From Tubiluchus corallicola (taxonomy: Eukaryota; Animalia; Priapulida): a DNA stretch of 64,000 bases. The stretch spans positions 62,001 to 126,000 of the forward strand of contig JAQGDQ010000205.1 in assembly GCA_030141605.1 (NCBI GenBank). Direction: 5' to 3'. The translations under genes were made by a program, and so were the position numbers. The notes under the pieces were generated by a model. It had not been told where the DNA came from and did not search any database. It saw nothing but the letters and a program-made list of their open reading frames with translations. Below, one piece after another: positions 26,201-55,700 of the stretch; the first letter of the stretch is position 1; every line of letters begins with the position of its first letter.

Positions 26201-29063
26201 GGTGTTAATTAGAAAATGAATAAAAAATGTCTGTGTCTACATCTATGTCTAAGCAGAAAAACTGCCCATTCTGCTCAATGAATTCAAAAGTTTTAGAGCA
26301 GATATATTTCTTGTAGGCTAAAACTGCCAATAAAATATCCCACCTGAGTTTCTTCTAAATGAATGCCATTCTGTTCAAAATCAAACAGGAATAACTTGGC
26401 AGTATATCTATCTATTTCATCTTCTGGAAAGATGTCGCCTTGCTCGACAACACGTTTCAAAGCTGTGTACAAAGCTACATTCGTATTTAACCTGTAATCA
26501 TCAAAAAATTACTGAGAGACAGCACAGCAAATGCAATATGTAATACAGATGCTTCTAGTTTTACGCAAATAGGATTAAAAGACAATTAAAGATAAGGTTA
26601 ACTATCGATGTAAAGATTACTTAATTTCAGAATATTGTTCATTGCTGATATTAAACACTTCAATTTATTATTTCAGATACATACATAAGACACAATACAA
26701 AAATGAAACTTACAAAAAATACACTTACTTTTCTACAAGACCACCAATAGTCAAACTAGCATCTTCAGCAGCTGCTGCAAAGTTCAGATGATTGTGTGAA
26801 ACTCGAATAAATTCAGACTAGAAAAGTAAATAAAACAAGATTTGTGGAAGCATGAATTGCAATTTCTTTTTAAGTGTTAATTTTAAAAACAACACAAACA
26901 ACAGCCAATATCATTTACATTACAACATGTTTCAGTTAGCAACAATTCACATAGAACATTTGCCACTTTTCTTCACAAGAATACAAAAAATGGAAATTTT
27001 GCAGATCACATAGCAATTGTATCTTGCCTATCTTCCCTGTTTTGAAAGTACCATGCAACTTTGCTGCTGAATATATTTTCCAGTAAATAGACAATTAGCA
27101 GTATTAAGAAGTTCTTTACTGCGTTCAAGTATCCATAAAGGATGCAGCAATAGCCAAAGTAAAATGACACTTGCTGGTTTAAATCCAACGTTTTCATAGA
27201 ATTCGAATTATTGTAAATAGTGATCTCACGAAACATGTTGATGAAAGTTAAAAACTAAAACTAAAAATATCAAAAATCCTTTTCTTACCAAATCAGCTAC
27301 TCGACACAATGTGTCAGAAAGATCATCAAAAATTTGCACCATCTTACGTGACCTGTTTGTGCTGATCGCTTCAGCAACAAGGTGCTCACTTTCATCAAGA
27401 GCTCTGTCCTTGAGAGTATAGAACCCATGAAAATTGATTAAATCGGGTATTCCAAACAAGCCCTAGCATAAAAAAACACAGACGTTTGAGCAATTAGATA
27501 GCAGATGACAAAACTAATCACTGAAATTAAAATGATCAATAATTAATTATGCTAATCAATAAAAATGTGGTTCTAAAATAAAAGTACTAAAATACAAAAA
27601 ACTATATGTTCTGTAGTTCAACATACACACAAATTTTACAATAGTTGATGAATTTATCAGCTACAATTACCCAACACTACTGCTAAATTCTCGTTCTATA
27701 TGTTAAAGTTCAAAATATATATTACATAAGGCTCACGAGGCACCAAGTTGGCAAGAAAATTGATAACAGAAAAAAAATTAAATAAAGTAAGTTAACATAA
27801 AATCTAAATTGCATTAGCCAGTGTGTTATTGAAAAATGTTGTTCATATCCTTACATTATTTAGTATTAGGCTATTAGGTTGTCCCTAATGTTTACCTTAG
27901 TTAAGTTGTTTCAAGAACTAGTGGCCCCTAGTGATAAAAATGACTAATTTTTTGCTGTTATCAGGCATCACACCTTTTTCGTAGATACAGAATCGTAGAT
28001 ATTGATTTTTTCGTAAATCAATAAAGAATTTAAGTGGCATAAATCCTTTACAGAGTAATGGAGTTTGTTTTATATATAATGTCGCATGAACCACAAAACA
28101 TGCATGCGGTGATGCGGGGCGAAGGGGCACCAGAAACAGGGTGTCTGCTTAGGACACCACCAACACACCTTAATCTGCCCATGAGTACAAATGAAAACTA
28201 TAAACACGTTCTGCACTACACTTACTGCTTATTTGTAACTAAAATCACAGTTAAACTGCTTCTGAGCTGCCAAAAAATGATAAAACGAGTAATATGCTTT
28301 TTAACATCGATCATTACAGAGCACACAAAAAAGGACACAATGGAAATAAATTTTTAAATTGCTCATACATTAAGCTGCTTTTGCAAAAAGAAACAAAGAA
28401 AAATTTCCAAAACAAACATAAAGGGCACAAACGGTATAATACAAAAACTATTACCGCACTCTCTCGTGAAAAACTGAAATTCAGCTTTCGGTAAGGTCTG
28501 GAATTAAAAGCAGATCCTAGGGGTGACCATGTTGACACAAAACAGCCATAGCTTGTCAAAAGTATATTAGAGTTTTGCAAAAAATTCCGCCCAGCAGACA
28601 AACCTTGTGAAGTAAAACATCTGCAAAAAAACAAGAGCAAACGAAAAATACAAAAATCAGATCGAAACAGAATTCCTAACTGCAAAAATATCTTACAATA
28701 GAAACGTTATACACTTTAGCTAAAAATGAAACAAATAAACAAATCTCAACTGATCATGCAATAACACAAATCTTGCTCTCTAGCAATCTTTTGAAAAATA
28801 ACCTAGCAGTACTTGAAAGATCACATTATTTTTGTACCAAAAGAAATTACATGAATAACACTAGTAAAAGATTTCATACAGAACAATGTCCAATCATAGT
28901 TTTTTAATCTATGGTAAGACAAATCTAGACAAGAGCTGGGATCAGCAAACTTTTCCATGGAACGTCAGTAACATCTCTAGCTGAATTAAAAAAAGACAAA
29001 ATTTACCAAATAAAATTGAATTTTAAGTTGAAAATCGGTTCAGGGTTACATTTACCTTAACAT
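14262..29063 (-). CDS. MIPEP: Mitochondrial intermediate peptidase (peptidase M3), 18 exons, 698 aa
   Basis: GT-AG exons joined by hand with consistent phases: 29056-29063, 28455-28620, 27289-27462, 26729-26817, 26344-26491, 25531-25649, 25187-25250, 24543-24699, 23759-23921, 22276-22429, 20994-21122, 19197-19347, 18702-18772, 17597-17710, 17086-17205, 15929-16050, 15483-15556, 14262-14335 (2097 nt). Presequence [20 protein letters not shown]; [14 protein letters not shown]; [10 protein letters not shown]; zinc motif [18 protein letters not shown] (HEMGH at 19243-19257); TDFAEVPS; [10 protein letters not shown]. Confidence 0.95.
16374..17019 (-). mobile_element. Internally deleted hAT transposon with dimerisation-domain remnant (in MIPEP intron)
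   Basis: TIRs CAATGGCGTGCA...TGCACGCTATTG, TSD ATGCAGTC/ATACAGTC. Minus strand encodes [35 protein letters not shown], the hAT C-terminal dimerisation motif. Confidence 0.85.
17785..17845 (+). mobile_element. Possible 5S-rRNA-derived SINE head remnant
   Basis: GTGAAGTTAATCATC..GGTCTG..GGATGGGTGGCCACC resembles the 5S internal promoter boxes (GAAGTTAAGC ... GGATGGG(A/T)GACC) at plausible spacing, but is heavily diverged. Confidence 0.35.
18060..18375 (-). repeat. Dispersed repeat family, copy 2 of 3
   Basis: Reverse-complement similarity to 3862-4150 and 49578-49880 (AGCTCTCGAACACGTGCAC..TGAGAGGTACA). Confidence 0.65.
19967..20424. repeat. 23-bp minisatellite (~20 copies) in MIPEP intron
   Basis: Unit ACATCATGGTCCCACTT(C/A)ACAAC repeated head to tail. 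Confidence 0.95.
20500..20680 (+). mobile_element. CR1/L2-like LINE ORF2 3' remnant
   Basis: Encodes [25 protein letters not shown], matching the WN.LP..VV......FK..L C-terminal motif. Confidence 0.5.
22535..22837 (+). mobile_element. Hammerhead-bearing repeat, family B (Penelope pLTR-like), copy 1
   Basis: CTGATGA(22744)-TGACAGCAATACCTGGTT-GAAAC. Flanked by direct repeat CTAAAGCAATTT (22523-22534 / 22838-22849). Similar over ~180 bp to 45845-46025. Confidence 0.6.
24378..24540. repeat. Compound trinucleotide microsatellite (ATT/CTA/CCA/CCG)
   Basis: Seen directly, adjacent to the MIPEP exon 24543-24699 donor. Confidence 0.9.
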
Positions 29064-29499
29064 TTTCTCTAACAACTCAAAGCATATAGTTACGATAAGT
29101 GAGAACTTCGAAGAATTGCAATAGCTCTCACTCAAACGTACACGTTTTAGTTTTTTTTGTGCAAGCAACGCTAGCAATATGGCAAATCATCACAGATGCC
29201 AAACAGACATTTGACACCCGCTAAGAGCAAATCGTAGTCTTTCTTTCGCCAAGTCTACGTCAATAATAGTTAGTTGTAAGTTTAATATATTATTAACTTA
29301 CACATTATCCCAAAATTTCACTTCTCAGCTTCTTTTTCTTAACCTCAGCTTCATTTTCGCACTCTTGACCCGCTTTTTTATCTTTTTGCTGATTGATGTT
29401 GCACTGCGATTGTCAATTCAATCCATTGAATTGGCCAGTACCAATTCCGTGCATCTATGTTGTTAAGCCATTATAACTAGCAAGCAACTAAAAACGTTT

Positions 29500-31240
29500 C
29501 CGTCACAGACTTTTCTACCTAACAGCTGTCAGGTAGCTGATAACTCATATCAGCATCTTTGCTATGCACTCTAATCGAGAGGCAATGAAAGCCATGGTAT
29601 GTATTCCCACCCATTAAATTACACAATAAATACTAAACGTTAAACTGTAATAGTTGATCACTCATCACAGTAGTTAATGTGTTGCAGCACTGGCATTTCA
29701 AAACAATGGTGCATTAGTAGCTACGTGCAAGACTTTGGGAAAACTACAGTGTACTTATATCATTACATAGTGATAAACTTAATAAAACAAAACTTTCTGC
29801 GATACAGATTAATCCTGACAATAATTCTCCAATAATTTTTATAATTTAATTAATTACATATTAATTACATTATTGAAAAGAGTGTCACAGAATATACATC
29901 ACGCAAGACTGTAATAGTGTGCAACTAGGGCCTAGGCCTATATTAACTGTAGCCGAGGTCTAGGTATAACAACTTTCCATTGGTATAATAATCGTTCCAG
30001 GCAGTCGTGTGGAGCGAACTGAAGAGAACTTTGAATGACTGATGTTATGAGGTGGCTGTTCTTAGAGTTTTGCTACGCTCTGTACAAAAATATATACTGG
30101 AATACAACAAAGTATTGTGTTGACACCAATTTTATTTTTGGTATTTATAAATGAACTGTCAGAAATTAGTTTTTTTCCATTAAACTTTTTAGAGATGATT
30201 CAGAAGTCAAGTCAGACTCCGATTGTATAAATATGAAGTCTGATATCATCGTATCAATTATTTATAAGTTTGGTCAGATGAGCCGCACTTCCATCCAGAA
30301 AATTGTGAGATGCTTCGTGCAAAAAAGAACATGGATTTTTTTATTATATAAGACATGATGATGGATGTCTGGTAACCTTAAAGCTTGTAGACTCTGTTAA
30401 AAGTCGAGAGAATGATGATCAAAATTTCAAAGCATGAATGTAGCATAGCAGCCAAGGCAAAACTTGTGCTTATCAGAAGAAAATTCTTTTTATTCTTAGA
30501 TAAAAACTTACTACTTCACTTTACAGAGATATACAGGTGTAATTACCTAATTACTTACTAATTGCATCTAAGTCTTAGAATAAGTTCAAACAACAGCCAC
30601 GTTCGAAAGGTTTTTGAACAGAAATCGTCTGATTATGCTGTTTGGTTAAGCCATTTAAAACTTCGAACTTTACAACTTACCGCAGACATGATTTGGTGTT
30701 CAACCTGCCAAATTGTTACTGCATGTGTGTCACCTTTAAACTTGGTTAGTCCTGACATGACACAGCTTTCATTGTACAAAGCTTTTCCAACAAAGAAATT
30801 GTTTAACGAAAACATTTTTGGAACGTATTTTCCATTTGTAAGATTGTATGTAAAATTGATCAAACTCTTTAAATCTCAAAACACTTTTGTTTGCCCTGAA
30901 GCTCTGTCCTTCACGGACTTTCGTCAGCTGAAGCTACTTGCACTGCACTCATACAAAGAAAGACCAGTAGCAATGCAAGAATCTTCAGCTGACGAAATCC
31001 GTAAAGCACGAAAGCTTCTGAAAAAAAGTCCATGATTATGACCATGTCAAGTCTCAGAATAAGAACACTATCTTATTTTGATCAAACTCTTCCTGGTTAA
31101 GTATATGATTACGATTAAATGTATGATTACGATTAAATGTCCTCCAAATTTTGTTTGGATTTGCCAGATGACCCATCATGCCCATCAGCAATGAGTAATC
31201 TGCAGTTGAGTTTCAGGCCAAATTCAATATGAGATATATG
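29500..31240 (-). pseudogene. Decayed coding region, possibly a Transib/RAG1/CMC-type DDE transposase
   Basis: Ordered minus-strand fragments LLIADGHDGSSGKSKQ ... HAVTIWQVE ... NLF*DLDAI ... KHKFCLGCYATF ... HVLFCTKH, with stops and a 52-nt GT-AG intron-like gap (30629-30680). Confidence 0.35.
30870..31077. mobile_element. Palindromic hammerhead-bearing insertion, family A (Penelope pLTR-like), short copy
   Basis: Perfect 15-bp arms TTTCGTCAGCTGAAG (30919-30933) / CTTCAGCTGACGAAA (30983-30997). Plus-strand core cag-CTGACGA..GAAAGCTT-ctg. 14-bp flanking direct repeat TTGATCAAACTCTT (30856-30869 / 31078-31091). Confidence 0.65.
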
Positions 31241-31268
31241 AGATGAACAACAATCGTAAACAGGTAGC

Positions 31269-31493
<225 letters not shown>

Positions 31494-31913
31494 TACAGGG
31501 TAATTACAAACTTTGGAGTAATTTTTTGTCTTTGTACTGGTTTGTACTCTTTATTGTATTGTCCCGATTCATTTATGCCCCGGTTGTTTTGTAAGAAATA
31601 ATGAACTTCGGCAAAACAGCATGGCTAACAAAAACAACAACAAAACAAACCAATTTTGAAACAATATTTATTATTATGTTAAACATAATTTATTACAGTT
31701 GAATCTACTTGGCAATGTGATTTATAGTTGCCTGACAGAGTCGCGTTCAATATCAATACTACTTTTATTAAGAAATCTATCATAAAAAGTTGTCCTCGTT
31801 TACTTAGAGTTTTCGTTTTTTTGCACTACGCCCTTAAAATATTTTCTAATCCCCATGAAAAATATGCCTTGTTTGAAATATCTTCGATTAAAATATGCAT
31901 TTTTTTCTTTTCG

Positions 31914-49322
<17,409 letters not shown>

Positions 49323-49577
49323 TTTGCTTGATGCCTTCTCACCTAAAATTTAAATCTTTTATTTAGTGACCTTAATAAGCAATAGAACTGATAACCATTC
49401 TATTTAATTCTTAAACCGGACCCAATCCTCAACTGTGGGTCAAAACAATCTATTTAAAATGTTGAAAGGAACCATATTATTTTTTCAAAAATGATTTACG
49501 TGAAAGAATTATTGCCGCACAAGCGCGGCATGTTCTTCACTGTTACATCAATTTCGTCATTCGCTAGTTAGCCGGTC

Positions 49578-49880
49578 ACTATCACCTGCATTTCGGAAAT
49601 GCCTTGCATAAAAAAAAACAGCTGCTGTACCTCTCAGTAGTGCACACGTTCGACAGCTCATGCGTGAGCACAGCAGTGAATTTGAAATTTTAATTTTAGT
49701 CTTAAGACTTGCCGAGTTTTAGTATGACACACTACATCTCTAGCAATAGTGCTGTACACTTCAATTTTTGCTTTTGCAAACACGTGCAACACGCTCATGG
49801 AATGTTTGTGCTGTTGAAAATTATGTTCGTTTGTGATGGAATCAATAGTTGGGCTCGCCTATTATTTAATTATCAGAAAC
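49578..49880 (+). repeat. Dispersed repeat family, copy 3 of 3
   Basis: Similarity to 3862-4150. Confidence 0.65.
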
Positions 49881-49995
49881 TTTTTTTACAGTATTATTGT
49901 TTTTAAAATGTATACTTTTTATGGGACTTGAAAGTGGGGTAGTATATGAAAAATTATCCTGTCTTTCTTTAAACTCCCGCGATAACTATTAAACG

Positions 49996-50194
49996 CAGGC
50001 CGGGTTTACCAGTACGCATAGAAGGCTATTGACCTAGGGTGCACGGGTATCTGGCGGTTCACTGAACCTAAATTTTATACAAGTGTACAAATAGTATTTC
50101 ATTAATAATATATTCAAAACCATAAGAGCCCCTGTACGGTGTATAGTATACAATAAGTGTAGGCCTAAATTCAGAAGCAGGTAAATCCGGCGTA
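49996..50194. mobile_element. hAT-like MITE nested in another repeat
   Basis: TIRs CAGGCCGGGTTTACC...GGTAAATCCGGCGTA. It interrupts a repeat whose uninterrupted form is at ~47784-47870. Confidence 0.55.
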
Positions 50195-51359
50195 ATTTAG
50201 ACGCAGCCAATTTGACGGTAAGCCGTTTGAAACAAGTTTAGTTAACATTGCGCAAAGTTTGCAGCTTCGTAGCGCAGTCTTTCTTAACTAAACAAAAATT
50301 CAATGACTCTTGACCTGCGAAATGATTAAGAAGTAATTTGAGTAAATAATAAAAGAAAAAACAACGTCTTTCGTGTGAACTAAGTCATTGAAAACGCGCC
50401 AAAAAGCCCAAATGCTAGTATTTAGTAGAAAAACTATTAATTTTGTTTTAACTGTTTTTTATTAACGAAGTTACGAATTACAAGAGGATAACAAAACGTA
50501 ACTAAATAATCGAACTTCTAGAAAAAATGTTTGACTATGACTGCAGCAGTCACTTACGTTGTCGCAGTTTCGATCAGTGATTCCTCAAGTGAATCAGCAA
50601 GCTGTTCTGAGATACTTCATGCTGACTGTTTCGATAAATGCTGGACTTCAGGAAATTTTCCCAGATGAATATTATTTCGTCGCCGTCTCTGTGTTGTATC
50701 AAGTGGTTCGCAGCAGGCTTGAACTGAACTGTACGTAAAAACGCGCAAAGTTCTGCAACTATACAACACAATGTGAAAATGATCTCCAACCACGTTGACT
50801 ATGGGCCTACGTGTTCAGTCACGCTGTGCCATTAAACCCTTTAAACAGCAGACTTTAATTTCATTAAGACCCTGCTCAGCTGCCTAATTACTCCGAATAT
50901 TACTTTTAACGCTCTAAACTCGTTAAATGAAATTTTGATACTGGTTTGATAGGTGATTTGGCATCACTTTTGTGACGCTTCTGCGCATGTCAGCCTGTGT
51001 TCTGTTCATGCTGATGATATGATCGTCGGAGAAGCTCTGTGGCTTCAGTATAGGCAAATGATCATTAAAGATATGAAGAAGAGATCTTACTTGTCGTCAC
51101 TAATTATTTTTTGAAATGTGAGTATTACATTCCTAGGCCAATGCATGTCACAATTTTGGGAGTGGTCGTATATGTATAAATTATATTATAGAATAGACAA
51201 GATTGGTACTTGAATTGTACTTTCATCCGCTTAACTCTAGCAACTTAATTATTAAAGTTCTTGCTGCATAAGATATAGAAGATATTTAGTCATTTAGTGT
51301 GAGCAGTGTTAACGTCGTTGCTCCCCGCCTAGTAAAGGCTTAGTTTAATATACATATTA

Positions 51360-51526
51360 AGGGTAAGTAGGTAGGTTAATAGGTAGGTAAGTAGGTAGGC
51401 AGGCAGTCAGACATATATATATATAATTATCTAATATATCTAATATATCTAATATAATCTTATCTAATCTTATCTTATCTTATCTAATCTAATAATCTAA
51501 TCTAATAATCTAATAATCTTATCTTA

Positions 51527-51592
<66 letters not shown>

Positions 51593-52060
51593 TATATATG
51601 TTAAACGATCTATCTACCTACATACCTACCTACCTACCTACCTACCTACCTATACCTACCTACCTACCTACCTACCTACCCACCCACCTATTTATCTACC
51701 TACCTACCTACCTATTTATCTACCTACCTACCTACTTACCTACCTACCTACATACCTACCTACCTGCCTACCTACCTACCTAGCTACCTATCTACCTACT
51801 TACCTGCCTACTTACCTACCTGCTTACCTACCTACCTACTTACCTACCTACCTACCTACATACCTGCTTGCCTACCTACTTCCCTACCTGCCTGCCTACC
51901 CACTTACCTACCTACTACTTACCTACCTGCTTACCTACCTACCGAGTTTACTAACTATTTACGTACTTATCCACCTACTTACCTTCTACCGAGTTTACCA
52001 ACTAGCTACATACTTATCTACTTATTTACCTACTTATCAACCTATCTATCCGACCACCTG
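51360..52060. repeat. Compound microsatellite (TA, GA, ATCTA, CTAC)
   Basis: Seen directly. Confidence 0.95.
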
Positions 52061-52789
52061 CCTATCGTCTTGCATTTTTCTTTAAGTGCTTATATTATTC
52101 TTTCTACAACATTGTCGACGATCTTAATGTCCAGACAGAGAAAATCTCTTGGGCACGAATGACTTACATTTCACAACTGATAACAACCTGTTTGTTTCCG
52201 TTTTGCCTCGTCGAGGAGGAAGTCATTTGCGATAAATGTGTCCAAACAGATTTAGTGAAAAGTTCTTCGGGGACTCACTCAATGAAACATGTCCAGCACA
52301 TAACTCCAATGTATGGTAGCAGTTTTTTTTAACTTTTTTTTACAATAGGATGCGCTGCAAGTCAGTACGCTGCAACTTTCCAACAAAACCTTGTGATGAA
52401 TGAAAAATGGTGAAACTGGAGTCTTCTCCTAGGTTGCATAATTCGACCATAGCTAGTTGAGTTATAGCCACGCCACTCTGCTTGCGGGCGCAGTGACGAA
52501 GTAGTTTTCCCAACGAGTAGGCTGGTAAGGAAACTAAGTTTGTAATATATTCGGATGTATGGATGCATGTATGCGTGTACGTAGGTAGGTAGTGTTGCAG
52601 TCAGATAGGCAGGCAAGTGTAAGGAAGCAAATTAGGTAAAATGAAAGTGTAGATCCTGGTTGTTGTTGTAGTAACAATTGTATTAATAATAACAATAATA
52701 ATCTTTATTTAAAGTCGGTTTTGGGGTGAACAATGAACATTAGCTCAAAGAGCTATTATCGCCTACTGAAAATAACAACCTGCAACCAC

Positions 52790-52941
52790 CTAACAGAGAC
52801 TATCATTACCCCACTGTTACTCTAAATGCCATGCGCCAGGCAGGGCAACAGCAGTACCATTTTAAAGTCTTAGGTACGATTCGCCGCTGTATCGAACTCA
52901 CGGCCTCCCAGACGGAAAGCGGATGCGTTATCACTAGGCTA
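52790..52941 (-). mobile_element. tRNA-derived SINE
   Basis: Minus strand: A-box TAGCCTAGTGATAA, B-box GAGTTCGATAC, core TACCTAAGACTTTAAAATGGTACTGCTGTTGCCCTGCCTGGCGC. Confidence 0.7.
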
Positions 52942-53631
52942 AACCGTTGTTTTAATTATTATTTTAATTTAACACGTAATCTACAAATTATTATGAAATA
53001 CTTATTTTAACTAACGACTTTGATAATTTTAACTGCTTAAGACAATATTTACAACACTACAGTATCAACTTTAAACGTATGCTAGTGTTTTTTACCTCAA
53101 TAATAATTTTAGTAGCAATAACACCAGTTTTGTAAATAGTGCTGGAACTATCATATTATACTGACGCGCATTTCACACCTGATAACATCGCTTTGTTTTC
53201 GTTTTCGTTTCAGAGGAATTCTTTGAGATAACCATACAGACATTACTGGGTGATATCTGTTAACGTGATACATGTAAAACACACTACAAGGTAAAATTCC
53301 CTCTGTTGACGTGGAAAAAGAGGCATTATAAGCTGTTACAACTTTAATAATACGAACTAAGTTATTTGTAAAAACAGAAATATATCACACTAGAGAAAAT
53401 GCGAAAATTGGTTTGCTAATTATTATGAAATTTTTATCTAAATTAGTAGTAAATATAGTCGTTTTCGTAAGCCTGAGATATGATACAGCAGATAACACTG
53501 ACGACAGGCTAGTGGCGGCATCTGTCGACAAGTTTGTAAATCGAAATTATTAATGTGTCTATTGGTCGATTAATTACGAATGCGAATTAAAAAATGCAGC
53601 TTTAATCTTCTGCTTCTAAACATGTCACAAG

Positions 53632-53947
53632 ACGACTGTTTTTTATTGGTCTGGTCTGGTTTTATCTGACGGAAATTGTTTACCCGCGTATTACAGCAAA
53701 TATGAGTTTGTCTGAGACAGAATTTAGCACCTTATAATAGCACACATGAGGCAACACATCTCTGAAAAAATTTGTCAGATACTTTAGCTCATGTGCATTC
53801 CCAGAAAACGCTGTCTAACTTTGCTGCATACAGATTTTTTTTAAAAGCATGTTAAATTTTCTGTCTCAGACAAACTCCTCGTGCTGTGCAGATCTGACCA
53901 ATATCTCATCAATACGACACCAGGTTTGACCAATAAAAAGCTGTCGT
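53632..53947. mobile_element. Foldback/MITE-like inverted repeat
   Basis: Outer arms ACGAC..TTTTTATTGGTC / GACCAATAAAAA..GTCGT. Perfect inner arms GAGTTTGTCTGAGACAGAA (53704-53722) / TTCTGTCTCAGACAAACTC (53859-53877). Confidence 0.7.
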
Positions 53948-55319
53948 AATACGCTTGTCATACACATATCATCTGGTATTCGTTTACAGTTTTACCCATG
54001 GTATAAGTTGCTTCATACAACAACAAATGCCGTGTGAACCCAAATTTTACGTTGGACAATTTGCTGCATACAGATTTTTTGCTGAGACTAGTTTTTCACA
54101 AAAATCTGTGAAAATCAAAGTTGGGAAAACAGTTTTTATCGAATTCCCACATTATCTCAATGAAAACCGTAAAATTAGACACAACTTTTCTTTTTTCTCA
54201 GTCAAATCTGCTTTTTTCTTTGTCTCCTAATTTTCCTTTTTTTCACTATCCTAACACTGATCATAATTTTTTGGCCCAAGTTACCTGTGTTCCACCTTTC
54301 AAGTTTTCCGTCAAGCTAGGTTTCACAAACGACTTGTGACACAATGAACAATTCTAAACTTTCTTTAAATTATTTACACTGTTAAACTGTAATTAAATAA
54401 TTGTTAAATTATAAATTTATATTATTTAATACTGTGACATTGACTCTATCGTGTGTTGCATGTCGAATAAACGAATCTTGAATCTTAAATTTCACAAAAA
54501 ATCAGACAATAAAAGTTACTCTATATCTTGGTTGTCGACAGAGTAGCTATAACGATTATAAAGACTCGTATATATGACGTCCGTGTTCCAGCAATTTTCA
54601 GATGATACCGAGTTAATCATTCCCACTGGAGTGGGTTTATCTAGAATGGAAAAAATCGGAAATCTTTATTAGCGAAATTTTACTGATTTTTATACATTGT
54701 TTTGCAACGTTTAAGAATGTTAACTGATTAATCAGTTAACTAATTGATGATGGGTCACAGGTGGATCAATTATAAATTAAAATTCCTAAACGGTTTTTCA
54801 AAATACCTCCTTGGTAAGTAAGATACTCATGATGTGACTTCCTCGAGTTCGGCATGCAGTCAATCTAAAACTCTTGTGCACTACTGGGACAGTTGTAAGT
54901 CCTGCAGAAGAATTTGGACCTACCGGTTTTCGATTTCTTTACTAACGTAAAGACATTAGGTAATGTGCGTAATGTAGAATTCTTTATTATCTGTTAGTTT
55001 ACAGTCAATGAACTCGCCGTGCTAGTGAAAGCTATATGCTAGAATAGTGATTACATATTGTGCATGCCGCTCATGTCTTTATTGATGTACGCACTCTTCC
55101 TGGTGCACCGACCTAGTGTAACATTTACACTGAGCTAGTTGCGTATACTTCTACTTTCAACTATTCTCCATAGTTTTCAAATTCCATTCACTGCAGACCG
55201 TTCAGAAATCTAGCTACGCATAAAATTTTGTGTAATGCAAAAATTTATGTACATATAAATACAAACTTGTATTTCAACTTCACTGAACTTGCTAAGAGCG
55301 TCTGTTTCTATAGCTCACG

Positions 55320-55700
55320 CATTCGTTCGTTCGTTCGTTTGTTCACTCGATCATTCATTCGTTCATCTATCTTTTTTGTATCTTTTGTTAGGTTGGCTTG
55401 TTCGCACGTTAGTTGACTAATTGACAGGCTAGTTTGTTGGGCTGCTGGCTGACTGGCTGGGTTGTTGTGTTTGTTGGCTGGTTGGCCAGTCGGTCGGTTG
55501 GTCAGTTGATTGGTTGGTTTATGAGCTCATTGATTAGATGGTGTTTTATTTGTTTGCTTGCTTGTATGTAAGTTTATTTGTTTGCATGCTTGTTTGCGTG
55601 GTTGTTTGTTTGTTTCTCTGTCTGTCCGTCCGTCTGTCTGTCTGTCCGTCTCTCTGTCTGTTCGTTCGTTCGCTCATTGGTTTGTTTATTTGTTTTTTGT
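55320..55700. repeat. Degenerate tetranucleotide microsatellites (TTCG/GTTG/GTTT/GTCT)
   Basis: Seen directly. Confidence 0.8.

Noticed and set aside
30562-31035. 157-aa plus-strand ORF
   Set aside because: Non-ATG start, no recognisable family, and it runs through the hammerhead insertion. The motif-bearing frames are on the minus strand.
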